64,000 nucleotides of DNA from Eledone cirrhosa. Lineage: Eukaryota. Location of the stretch: positions 54,002,001-54,066,000 of the forward strand of contig OZ024750.1 in the NCBI GenBank assembly GCA_964016885.1, in the 5' to 3' direction. This document shows, one piece after another, positions 1 through 12,257 of this stretch. Under the pieces are notes generated by a model. That model saw only the letters and a program-made list of their open reading frames with translations. It was not told where the DNA came from and did no database searches. The translations under genes were made by a program, and so were the position numbers. How positions within the stretch are numbered: the first letter of the stretch is position 1; each line of letters opens with the position of its first letter.

Positions 1-3000
1 TATAGTCTCTCATCAGTCCTGTTAGTACTATAGTCTCTCATCAGTCCTGTTAGTACTATAGTCTCTCATCAGTCCTGTTAGTACTATAGTCTCTCATCAG
101 TCCTGTTAGTACTATAGTCTCTCATCAGTCCTGTTAGTACTATAGTCTCTCATCCAACCTGTTAGTACTATAGTCTCTCATCCAACCTGTTAGTACTATA
201 GTCTCTCATCCAACCTGTTAGTACTATAGTCTCTCATCAGTCCTGTTAGTACTATAGTCTCTCATCCAACCTGTTAGTACTATAGTCTCCATCCAACCTG
301 TTAGTACTATAGTCTCTCATCAGTCCTGTTAGTACTATAGTCTCTCATCAGTCCTGTTAGTACTATAGTCTCTCATCCAACCTGTTAGTACTATAGTCTC
401 TCATCAGTCCTGTTAGTACTATAGTCTCTCATCAGTCCTGTTAGTACTATAGTCTCTCATCCAACCTGTTAGTACTATAGTCTCTCATCAGTCCTGTTAG
501 TACTATAGTCTCTCATCCAACCTGTTAGTACTATAGTCTCTCATCCAACCTGTTAGTACTATAGTCTCTCATCAGTCCTGTTAGTACTATAGTCTCTCAT
601 CCAACCTGTTAGTACTATAGTCTCTCATCCAACCTGTTAGTACTATAGTCTCTCATCAGTCCTGTTAGTACTATAGTCTCTCATCAGTCCTGTTAGTACT
701 ATAGTCTCTCATCAGTCCTGTTAGTACTATAGTCTCTCATCAGTCCTGTTAGTACTATAGTCTCTCATCCAACCTGTTAGTACTATAGTCTCTCATCAGT
801 CCTGTTAGTACTATAGTCTCTCATCAGTCCTGTTAGTACTATAGTCTCTCATCAGTCCTGTTAGTACTATAGTCTCTCATCCAACCTGTTAGTACTATAG
901 TCTCTCATCCAACCTGTTAGTACTATAGTCTCTCATCAGTCCTGTTAGTACTATAGTCTCTCATCCAACCTGTTAGTACTATAGTCTCTCATCCAACCTG
1001 TTAGTACTATAGTCTCTCATCAGTCCTGTTAGTACTATAGTCTCTCATCCAACCTGTTAGTACTATAGTCTCTCATCCAACCTGTTAGTACTATAGTCTC
1101 TCATCCAACCTGTTAGTACTATAGTCTCTCATCCAACCTGTTAGTACTATAGTCTCTCCTCCAACCTGTTAGTACTATAGTCTCTCATCCAACCTGTTAG
1201 TACTATAGTCTCTCATCCAACCTGTTAGTACTATAGTCTCTCATCAGTCCTGTTAGTACTATAGTCTCTCATCCAACCTGTTAGTACTATAGTCTCTCAT
1301 CAGTCCTGTTAGTACTATAGTCTCTCATCCAACCTGTTAGTACTATAGTCTCTCATCAGTCCTGTTAGTACTATAGTCTCTCATCAGTCCTGTTAGTACT
1401 ATAGTCTCTCATCCAACCTGTTAGTACTATAGTCTCTCATCCAACCTGTTAGTACTATAGTCTCTCATCAGTCCTGTTAGTACTATAGTCTCTCATCAGT
1501 CCTGTTAGTACTATAGTCTCTCATCAGTCCTGTTAGTACTATAGTCTCTCATCCAACCTGTTAGTACTATAGTCTCTCATCAGTCCTGTTAGTACTATAG
1601 TCTCTCATCAGTCCTGTTAGTACTATAGTCTCTCATCAGTCCTGTTAGTACTATAGTCTCTCATCAGTCCTGTTAGTACTATAGTCTCTCCTCCAACCTG
1701 TTAGTACTATAGTCTCTCATCCAACCTGTTAGTACTATAGTCTCTCATCAGTCCTGTTAGTACTATAGTCTCTCATCCAACCTGTTAGTACTATAGTCTC
1801 TCATCAGTCCTGTTAGTACTATAGTCTCTCATCAGTCCTGTTAGTACTATAGTCTCTCATCAGTCCTGTTAGTACTATAGTCTCTCATCAGTCCTGTTAG
1901 TACTATAGTCTCTCATCCAACCTGTTAGTACTATAGTCTCTCATCCAACCTGTTAGTACTATAGTCTCTCATCCAACCTGTTAGTACTATAGTCTCTCAT
2001 CAGTCCTGTTAGTACTATAGTCTCTCATCCAACCTGTTAGTACTATAGTCTCTCATCCAACCTGTTAGTACTATAGTCTCTCATCAGTCCTGTTAGTACT
2101 ATAGTCTCTCATCCAACCTGTTAGTACTATAGTCTCTCATCCAACCTGTTAGTACTATAGTCTCTCATCAGTCCTGTTAGTACTATAGTCTCTCATCCAA
2201 CCTGTTAGTACTATAGTCTCTCATCCAACCTGTTAGTACTATAGTCTCTCATCAGTCCTGTTAGTACTATAGTCTCTCATCAGTCCTGTTAGTACTATAG
2301 TCTCTCATCAGTCCTGTTAGTACTATAGTCTCTCATCAGTCCTGTTAGTACTATAGTCTCTCATCAGTCCTGTTAGTACTATAGTCTCTCATCAGTCCTG
2401 TTAGTACTATAGTCTCTCATCCAACCTGTTAGTACTATAGTCTCTCATCCAACCTGTTAGTACTATAGTCTCTCATCCAACCTGTTAGTACTATAGTCTC
2501 TCATCAGTCCTGTTAGTACTATAGTCTCTCATCCAACCTGTTAGTACTATAGTCTCTCATCCAACCTGTTAGTACTATAGTCTCTCATCAGTCCTGTTAG
2601 TACTATAGTCTCTCATCAGTCCTGTTAGTACTATAGTCTCTCATCCAACCTGTTAGTACTATAGTCTCTCATCAGTCCTGTTAGTACTATAGTCTCTCAT
2701 CAGTCCTGTTAGTACTATAGTCTCTCATCCAACCTGTTAGTACTATAGTCTCTCATCAGTCCTGTTAGTACTATAGTCTCTCATCCAACCTGTTAGTACT
2801 ATAGTCTCTCATCCAACCTGTTAGTACTATAGTCTCTCATCAGTCCTGTTAGTACTATAGTCTCTCATCCAACCTGTTAGTACTATAGTCTCTCATCCAA
2901 CCTGTTAGTACTATAGTCTCTCATCAGTCCTGTTAGTACTATAGTCTCTCATCAGTCCTGTTAGTACTATAGTCTCTCATCAGTCCTGTTAGTACTATAG

Positions 3001-4832
3001 TCTCTCATCAGTCCTGTTAGTACTATAGTCTCTCATCCAACCTGTTAGTACTATAGTCTCTCATCAGTCCTGTTAGTACTATAGTCTCTCATCAGTCCTG
3101 TTAGTACTATAGTCTCTCATCAGTCCTGTTAGTACTATAGTCTCTCATCCAACCTGTTAGTACTATAGTCTCTCATCCAACCTGTTAGTACTATAGTCTC
3201 TCATCAGTCCTGTTAGTACTATAGTCTCTCATCCAACCTGTTAGTACTATAGTCTCTCATCCAACCTGTTAGTACTATAGTCTCTCATCCAACCTGTTAG
3301 TACTATAGTCTCTCATCCAACCTGTTAGTACTATAGTCTCTCCTCCAACCTGTTAGTACTATAGTCTCTCATCCAACCTGTTAGTACTATAGTCTCTCAT
3401 CCAACCTGTTAGTACTATAGTCTCTCATCAGTCCTGTTAGTACTATAGTCTCTCATCCAACCTGTTAGTACTATAGTCTCTCCTCCAACCTGTTAGTACT
3501 ATAGTCTCTCATCAGTCCTGTTAGTACTATAGTCTCTCCTCCAACCTGTTAGTACTATAGTCTCTCATCAGTCCTGTTAGTACTATAGTCTCTCATCCAA
3601 CCTGTTAGTACTATAGTCTCTCATCAGTCCTGTTAGTACTATAGTCTCTCATCCAACCTGTTAGTACTATAGTCTCTCATCAGTCCTGTTAGTACTATAG
3701 TCTCTCATCAGTCCTGTTAGTACTATAGTCTCTCATCAGTCCTGTTAGTACTATAGTCTCTCATCAGTCCTGTTAGTACTATAGTCTCTCATCCAACCTG
3801 TTAGTACTATAGTCTCTCATCAGTCCTGTTAGTACTATAGTCTCTCATCAGTCCTGTTAGTACTATAGTCTCTCATCCAACCTGTTAGTACTATAGTCTC
3901 TCATCAGTCCTGTTAGTACTATAGTCTCTCATCAGTCCTGTTAGTACTATAGTCTCTCCTCCAACCTGTTAGTACTATAGTCTCTCATCAGTCCTGTTAG
4001 TACTATAGTCTCTCATCCAACCTGTTAGTACTATAGTCTCTCATCCAACCTGTTAGTACTATAGTCTCTCATCAGTCCTGTTAGTACTATAGTCTCTCCT
4101 CCAACCTGTTAGTACTATAGTCTCTCATCAGTCCTGTTAGTACTATAGTCTCTCCTCCAACCTGTTAGTACTATAGTCTCTCATCAGTCCTGTTAGTACT
4201 ATAGTCTCTCATCCAACCTGTTAGTACTATAGTCTCTCATCAGTCCTGTTAGTACTATAGTCTCTCATCCAACCTGTTAGTACTATAGTCTCTCATCAGT
4301 CCTGTTAGTACTATAGTCTCTCATCAGTCCTGTTAGTACTATAGTCTCTCCTCCAACCTGTTAGTACTATAGTCTCTCATCAGTCCTGTTAGTACTATAG
4401 TCTCTCATCCAACCTGTTAGTACTATAGTCTCTCATCCAACCTGTTAGTACTATAGTCTCTCATCAGTCCTGTTAGTACTATAGTCTCTCCTCCAACCTG
4501 TTAGTACTATAGTCTCTCATCAGTCCTGTTAGTACTATAGTCTCTCATCCAACCTGTTAGTACTATAGTCTCTCATCAGTCCTGTTAGTACTATAGTCTC
4601 TCATCAGTCCTGTTAGTACTATAGTCTCTCATCAGTCCTGTTAGTACTATAGTCTCTCATCCAACTTGTTAGAACTATAGTCTCTCATCAGTCCTGTTAG
4701 TACTATAGTCTCTCATCAGTCCTGTTAGTACTATAGTCTCTCATCCAACTTGTTAGTACTATAGTCTCTCATCAGTCCTGTTAGTACTATAGTCTCTCAT
4801 CAGTCCTGTTAGTACTATAGTCTCTCATCAGT
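1..4832. repeat. 28-bp minisatellite array (~172 units, runs off the window start) with two main unit variants
   Basis: Unit TATAGTCTCTCAT[CAGT|CCAA]CCTGTTAGTAC repeated continuously; minor variant with CTCTCCTCCAA. Confidence 0.98.
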
Positions 4833-5465
4833 GGAATGGTGAATGATGAGGTCCATAATTTTGAGGACAGCCACATAGAGCACGAGAAGATCAAACGGGA
4901 TGTGCGTAAGCAATGCCCTGGCGTATCTCTCGAAACGATCGATGTCTTCATTGAATTTAACTGCCCTGAGTGTGGATAAATTTGCTTGAGCAAATGTGGT
5001 CTCAGGCGCCACAGTCGCAGCCATGTTCAAAGAGGACCAGTGAACTATGATCTCCACGGTGTTGTGAAGATTCACGGGCAACCTGATGTAAGTCCTGAGG
5101 CGAGACAGATACATAGTTGTCGTCAATGTGTGAAGGAGTGCAAGTCCCTAGCAGGCTTGAAAAGCCATATCCGAGTGTCCCACATCTGAATCTGACAAGC
5201 GATTGCAATACTCTTGGCTGAGTTTGCAGCCATCGTGTATGTATGTATGTCATAAAGTAAGACCAGTGGTTGACTACCAGACTGCTGTTGGAGATGCTGC
5301 TCAACATACCTGTCAAGCATGTAGAAGAGAGTGTAGATCAGCAGGAGGACTCAAACGGCATGCAAATCCAACCACAGCCGGCAATTGCCAATGCAGCCAT
5401 CATATATATACACACAAATAATGAATCAAAACATATCAACTATGAATGTTGTGTTTTGCGATAAG
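4826..5465 (+). mobile_element. Decayed 3' end of an RTE-like LINE with three C2H2-type zinc-finger motifs
   Basis: Translates as MVNDEVHNFEDSHIEHEKIKRDVRK...CPECG*ICLSKCGLRRHSRSH...CRQCVKECKSLAGLKSHIRVSH* and CQACRRECRSAGGLKRH; contains stops. RTE assignment is from resemblance to RTE ORF C-termini. Confidence 0.55.
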
Positions 5466-5944
5466 CAAGCTCAACATACATTATCCAGGGCCATAATAAA
5501 TCAAATGGAAAACATATATATATAGAGAGAGAACCATATATTGTAGAGGAAACACAATATATTGTATATAAATACTAAATACATATTTAGAATATGTACT
5601 CAAGGTGCTATCGTAAGAGTGACCTTATAATGTTATTTAATATTCTGTAGAGCTTAAAGTCAATCTATGTAATCAATCATCGAAGAAATCAATCAACATC
5701 ATCAAAGACAAACTATCAATTATAATTAAACGACAGGAGACTCAGAATACTCATGAGAGGTTATAGTCTCTACATTCTAAGAGAAATATAGAAATTAGTA
5801 TATAGGACAACATACATGCCAATACCCATGGAGAGGCCTAACACATTGCTGAAGATTGCAAAATAACGTTAAACCCAGAGTAATTGTTCTTTCTCTCTCT
5901 ATATATATACATATATCTTTTTCATTTGATTTATATATATATAT

Positions 5945-7525
5945 CATCATCATCATAATCACTGTTTAATGTCCATTTTTCCACACTAGCATGGGAGGTG
6001 TATGGAAGGGTGAGAGGAAGGTTGTTCATGCAAGTTGTATGCTTCAACCCATGATAATGGGAAGGCAGGTCTTCTGTATTATTGCATAATGCCAGAGATT
6101 TTGATATTGTGTCATCGCCTTTCAGAGATTCAATTGTGTAAGGTCAGCTTTTATCACCTCATCCCAAATCTTCCTACTCCACAGCTTTCAACAACTTTGA
6201 GCACCCTGCACCTTTTTATATAGCGGTCATCCTTCATATGCATTACATATCTATACAAATGCAATCTCCCCTCCTGCTCACTGCATCTGATTCCTCTAAT
6301 GCCCAGTTTCTCTCTCAGTTCATTTATGCTTTGCCATTCGAGTATGTTGCTATTGCACATCCAGCGAAGCATGGAAGCTTCATTTCTTTCCAATCTTTGT
6401 AGGTCCTCTGCACACAACACCCAGGTCTCACTGCCATGCAATATTGCTGTTCATATACACGCATCATACAATCTGCCCTTCATTTTGAAGGAAAAATCTT
6501 TTGTAGCTAGCAGCGGTAGTAGCTCCCTGAACTTTCTCCAGCCCAATCTCACTCGCGCTACTGTACTTTCAGAACACCCTCCCCCACTGCTGATTTGGTC
6601 ACCCAGGTAACAGAAGCTATCTACCACTTCTATAGAGTCCTCTGAACATTTGAAGGTGATTGTATCCTAAGAGCTCTTGCTACTTATTGCTACTGTGCAC
6701 CGAGTGGGATCCCACTACATCTCTTGTACTTGGGACATAGGATAGAATTTCTACCTACTCCGTTTCTGCACACTGAGCAAGGCCATTTCCTTGAGGAGAT
6801 CTGGGTCCTGTTCTCCTTTCTACTTACTAGAACTTTAGTCTTTGCTAAGTTGACTTTAAGACCTTTAGTTTCCAGTCTGTGCTTCCAGGTTTGGAATTTC
6901 ATCTCTAATTCAGCTACAGATTCAGCTATTAGGGTTAGATCATCTGAATACAGAAGTTCCCAAGGGCAGCCAGTCTTAAACTCCTCTGCTATTGCCTGTA
7001 GGACGATGATAAACAGGTGGGGGCTAAGAACTGAGCCTTGGTGGACATAAGTTACTAAATTCTTTCCTATAGTCATTGTTAATTCTGACCTTGCTGCTTG
7101 TTCCTCTATACATAGCTTGTACTACCCCCACAAGTTACTCGCTTACTCCTAGTTTTCTAAGAGCCCACCAGCTAATGGAACAAGGGACTCTATCAAAAGC
7201 TTTCTCCAGGTCTACAAAAGCCAAGTAGAGGGGTTTACTTTTAGCTAGGTACTTCTCCTGCAGTTGTCAGGAGAAGGCATTTGTGGTACTTTACCTGGTA
7301 CAAAGGTACAAACCTAAACTGTATCTCATCTAGGTTAACTCATTCCCTAATCAGCTGAACTATGACTCTTTCAATGACCTTCATAACCTGATCAACCAAA
7401 TTAATGCCTCTATAGTTTTCCCTATCTAGAGCATCACCTTTGCCTTTGTGGCAGTTTATGATCATGCTGCTACACCAGTCATTGCGTATGACACCATTTT
7501 GTATAACTTGGTTTACAATGCAGGA
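5945..7525 (-). mobile_element. RTE-clade LINE fragment (RT and 3' end), degenerate
   Basis: Fragments KGKGDALDRENYRGINL, VHQGSVLSPHLF..WELLYSDDL, MHGSETW..LERNEASMLRWMC; (ATG)n tail near 5945-5960. Confidence 0.92.
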
Positions 7526-8636
7526 GTCTAAGGAGTGGCCCATCAGGTACAATTCTACGGTGGTATATAAAGCTTGTGTATTCCTCTGTTGAATTATTAA
7601 ATGTACCTAAAGGACGAAACACTGTGTAAGGAATAAATTTTGTCATTAAAAATTCTTGATTTCTCCACCATATATTTCTGCTTATACTAGCTCTGCTTAT
7701 CCTCTGCACACAAACTCTCCTTGAATATTTACTCCACTGTAATATTTAATCTCGCATCTTTAAACATTGAGCACACTTTGCTTTGTCTAAGGCATCTAAC
7801 ATATTATATCATAGTTCATTCTCCTCTATTCTTATGATATATGACTCTTATTTTGATATTATGATATATCCCTCCCCTATTACCTACGTCTGCAATTTCC
7901 TAGTTCCAAGACAAAAGCGCCCTGTCTACACAGTAAAGTGGTCGTGTAGCTCACACAACAAAAAGTACCCAGTACACACTGTAAATATGGTTGGCATTAG
8001 GAAGGGCATCCAGCTGTAGAAACCAAGCCAAAATCTGCCCCGGGTGAGGTAAACATGGTCCTCTGACCTGATTCTCTTCTTAAGAGTCAACACGGAAGAT
8101 GGACCTTAAATGATGATGATGATATATATATATATATCATGTTTAATATAGAAATGGTTTCTACGGGACTAGAACTGTTTCATTTAAAAGAAATCATCAG
8201 GAAAACCAAATTTGTATTTATGTTTTCTGGCAGTTGGAGAAGGTGGTGATTTAGTGGGGGAGTGCCAAGCAATTTTAAAGAACAAGGATCCTTTGAAAAA
8301 ACTATTTTTAGATATATACACAATAATATGGGACAGACAGGTAAAAGGCAAGGTTCACACTCACCCATACACATGCCCACCATTTGAAGGGTTCTATATA
8401 AAGGGCTTTTATGAACAACTGATAATTGTCAAGCTCTGGCCAAAGAGTTATTGACAATGGATTGTTGACACCTGTCAAATCAATTAGTGGTAAGGGTGGT
8501 GGAATTGGCAACATATATATATATAGACATCACATACACATATGTATATATACACATATACATACACACTCACATACACACACGCATATATATGTATACA
8601 CATTCACATACACACACCCATATATAGAACCTAATA

Positions 8637-9050
8637 GTGGTTGCAGCACTTCCCTTTCCACCCTGATTTTCCTCTTCAAGTGAAAACTGAAGAAGTTAAT
8701 CAGGGCTTCTCCAAAGAGGAAAGTGCTTGTCATCAAAGCTTGCAAGCATGTCCACCATAAAACCTCTGTTGCCATGGCCACAAGACAGATAAAAATAGCC
8801 AGCCCTCCTTGACTAAAGGAAGGCAACAGGACAATCTTCACAATGGACTTGGTTGATAAGCGGAGTTGTCCTACATGTGACAGCAGGTGTTCAACATAAA
8901 CCCACAAATCAGCAATGCTCAGAGACTTGACGACTGCATGCAGGACGGTTTTGTAGCCCTACATGCATCTTGGACAGGGCTAGCTGATGGCAATTCCATT
9001 CCTGTGGAGTTTATCCATAAATTGGCAAAGCTCCTCGGTAGCACTGCAAA
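8637..9050 (-). mobile_element. Tx1/L1-like LINE 3' fragment
   Basis: MWVYVEHLLSHVGQLRLS...HLKRKIRVEREVL matches the C-terminus of the element at 26501-26848. Confidence 0.85.
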
Positions 9051-9562
9051 TAGAAACAAGACAAAACGAAAAACAATTTTTAAGGGAAATCCCCTTAAAA
9101 AATTATTAAAAAAAAAAAAAAAATACAAACGAAGGACACAGAACTCCAGGGTCATCAGCCGCTGAGGCAGTTTTGACCCCTACCAACGGTACTGCTGATC
9201 CATTTGGGGTCACAGCATCTGACATAAGCCAAATGTTGTCCAGTGGAGTAAGAGACGAGACACAAAAGATTAATTCATAGCAATTAAGCTATAACAAGTA
9301 AACATAGAATTTGATGTGATGTTAGGGAAAAAGTGTGGGGGTGAGATAAACACATTCATCATATTTAGTATTGATAAACTTATGAAAATTAACAAAGAGG
9401 ACAAGACAACGAACAGAAACAAGGCAAAACGAAAAACAATATCAATCTATATATTTCAGTCTGTATATATATATATATACGTCTAACCCATGCTAGCGTG
9501 GAAAATGGACGTTAAATGAAGATGATGATGATGATATATAACTGTATATTTATCTATTACAG

Positions 9563-9789
9563 AGTGGTGGTGATGGAGGCAACTATTCATTAGCCAGAGT
9601 AATTGCAGACTACAGCGCTATCAAGGAAGATGAAATCTCTGTCAACAAGGGGGAGAAGGTTCAAATCTTAACAACAAACCAGAACAATATGTTTCTTGTC
9701 CACAGAGCAGCCAATGAGGTTTCACCAGCAGCTGAAGGATGGATACCGGGTGTTGTATTGGGCTCGGTTGATGAAGGTGGAAGTCTCAA
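9563..9789 (+). CDS. KALRN/TRIO: Trio/Kalirin-like exon: second SH3 domain
   Basis: AG|...|GTTAGT; SGGDGGNYSLARVIADYSAIKEDEISVNKGEKVQILTTNQNNMFLVHRAANEVSPAAEGWIPGVVLG, the Trio/Kalirin SH3 pattern; ends in phase 2, matching the next exon. Confidence 0.93.
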
Positions 9790-10100
9790 GTTAGTATATT
9801 TACTTACACTTCAGTAATGTTGTCTTAACACATCTTTAATATACACACTTGTAATATATATATATCTAACACCATCACAAATTAAAATGAAACTTTAAAA
9901 AGCTACTCATAGCAAAACCAGTTAGTACAAAATCTAATTAGATAATCATGACTATTTTTGCAAACTCACCAATTTTTTTTTTAAATGTAATTTATTTTGT
10001 ATGAACTAATTTTTTGTTGTTGTTGTACACTGTAAATTTGCATGTATAAAAAACATTGGATGAATCTTCAAATATGTTTTTATTTCTGCTATATATATAT

Positions 10101-11526
10101 ATGAAAGTAACAGAAAGAGTGCTAGCACAATTAATTAGAGAAAAAGTCAAATTAGATATGATGCAGTTTCGTTTTGTGCCTGGAAAGAGTACAACAGATC
10201 TCCTCTTAGTAAGGCAACTACAAGAGAGGATCTTAGAGAAGAATAAGCCACTATACTTCGCTTTTGTTGACCTAGAGGAGACCTTTGATAGAGTACCCCG
10301 ATCTGTCATCTGGCGGTCCCTAAGGAAACTAGGTGTAGAGGAATGGCTTGTGAGGGCAGTGCATACTATGTACAGGGGTGCTGTCAGTAAAGTGAGAGTA
10401 GGAATGGAGTTTAGTGAGGAATTCCAGATACAAGTAGGATACATCAGGGTTCGGTCCTCAGCTCACTCTTATTCATTATAGTTCTCCAAGCCATAACAGA
10501 GAAGTTTAAGAATGGCTGGTCAGGGAAACTTCTCTATGCTGATGATTTGGTTCTTATAGCAGAATCAGTAGAGGAGCTAGAGAATAAATTCTGGCTATGG
10601 AAACAGCAGTTGGAATCAAGAGGACTGAGAGTAGATCTAGCAAAAACTAAATGTTGATAAGTAGAAAATAGGACAAGAATCTGATTCCATCAGCGAAATG
10701 GCCATGTTCAATATGTAGAAAAGGAGTTGGCATAAACTCTATAGAATGTACACAATGCAGATCTTGGGTACACAAGAGGTGAAGTGGGATAGCAGGCAAA
10801 CTAACAGGAAAGGAAAGCTTCATAGGTAGTAGATGTTCATGGAAATTTGACAGTAGAAGTCGCAATGATAGACACATTTTTCAAATGCAGGTAGGATCTA
10901 TAGAGGTGGTTGATAGCTTCCGATACCTGGGTGATCAGATTAGCAAGGGGGGAGGGTGCTCCAAGGCCATAGTATCTAGAATAAGGATGGGTTGGAGGAA
11001 GTTTAGGGAGCTGCTTCTTCTGTTGACAAAGAAGGGTTTCTCCCTATGAACGAAAGGTTAGTTATATGATGCCTGTGTGAGATGTGCGATGCTTCATGGT
11101 AGTGAAACATGGACAGCAACTGCAGAGGATATACAAAGGCTGGAGAGAAATGAGGTAAGCATGCTCCGGTGGATGTGCAATGCCAATGTGCATGAACGAC
11201 CCAGCATGGACGAGTTGAGAGAGAAACTGTGTATAAGAGGAATAAATTATAGTGTGTAGGAGAGAAAACTGCGTTGGTATGGCCATGTGATGCGCTTGGA
11301 AGATGACCGCTGGGTGAAGAAGTGCCAAGAAATCCCGGTGGAAGGAAGACACAGTAGAGGAAGACCACGTAAAAAATGGGCAGAGGTGGTGAGAGCTGAC
11401 TTCAGATTGCTGAAGCTCACAGAGGAGATGACGAAGGACCATGACGAATGGAGAGATGCTGTGTTGAAGAAAACCCGTCCCACCCTTGCAAGCAGGAAAA
11501 AGCAGACGTAAAATGATGATGATGAT
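10101..11526 (+). mobile_element. RTE-clade LINE, 5'-truncated, degenerate
   Basis: FVDLEETFDRVPR, YADD (TATGCTGATGAT), MLHGSETW; 3' tail ...GCAGACGTAAAATGATGATGAT; 5' end abuts (TA)n. Confidence 0.93.
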
Positions 11527-11533
11527 ATATAAT

Positions 11534-11656
11534 TTCAAATACAGCAAAGATTCAAGACATTATCAAACTGACATATATTTCTGCTGGCCTAAAATCTACA
11601 GGCCGACAGAAACATATGTTAGTTTGACAAGGCCTTGAATCTTTGGTGTATTTGAA
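11534..11656. repeat. ~123-bp imperfect hairpin (fold-back)
   Basis: TTCAAATACAGCAAAGATTCAAG...GGCCT pairs with AGGCC...CTTGAATCTTTGGTGTATTTGAA, ~57-bp arms. Confidence 0.9.
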
Positions 11657-11846
11657 TATATTAATATATAACAACTCTGCGTGAACCCCACTGAATTGAG
11701 CTTTTAATCAACTAGTAAATCAATTTAACTACTCCAGTTAATAATATCATTATTACTACTATATATATATATATATATATATACATATATATATAAATAT
11801 ATAAAATTACAAGAAATGAAGTGAGTTGTGTGGTTGCTGTAAACAA

Positions 11847-12223
11847 AGTTTAAGATGGTAATATGGACGAAACAAGAGAAGGACCCCTTTGCATAGAACT
11901 ACATCGCTCCTAGTTATTGCACCATAAGACTTAAGTCTAATCAGTTCGTTGAACTTCTATTTTCTCCTCGGTTACTCACTTGCATGTTCTATCGTCCTGT
12001 ATCCCCCACTCCATTCGGTTTGTTTACTTCATTTTTTCCTCTTTCTTCCTCTCTCCTCATTATTTTTTCTTTTCTTTCCCTCGTGGCCTTTTGATCGATA
12101 AAAGGCTTTGGGCGTGCTGCTGATCGCTTTTGATGTCCTGTTTTAAGTGCCGAAACATCTATGATCTGCAGTTAACAGCTGACGAAGGGGTCCTTCTCTT
12201 GTTTTGTCCATATTACCATCTTA

Positions 12224-12227
<4 letters not shown>
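11847..12227. repeat. Unclassified element with ~43-bp terminal inverted repeats near (TA)n runs
   Basis: AGTTTAAGATGGTAATATGGACGAAACAAGAGAAGGACCCCTT versus AAGGGGTCCTTCTCTTGTTTTGTCCATATTACCATCTTAAACT. Confidence 0.75.

Positions 12228-12257
<30 letters not shown>

Noticed and set aside
1-4832. CRISPR-like appearance of the 28-bp array
   Set aside because: No unique spacers, only two or three unit variants, no cas genes, eukaryotic context.
12110-12200. Possible hammerhead (GCCGAAAC ... CTGACGAAGGGG)
   Set aside because: No GAAA box follows the CTGACGA box and I could not build consistent helices.
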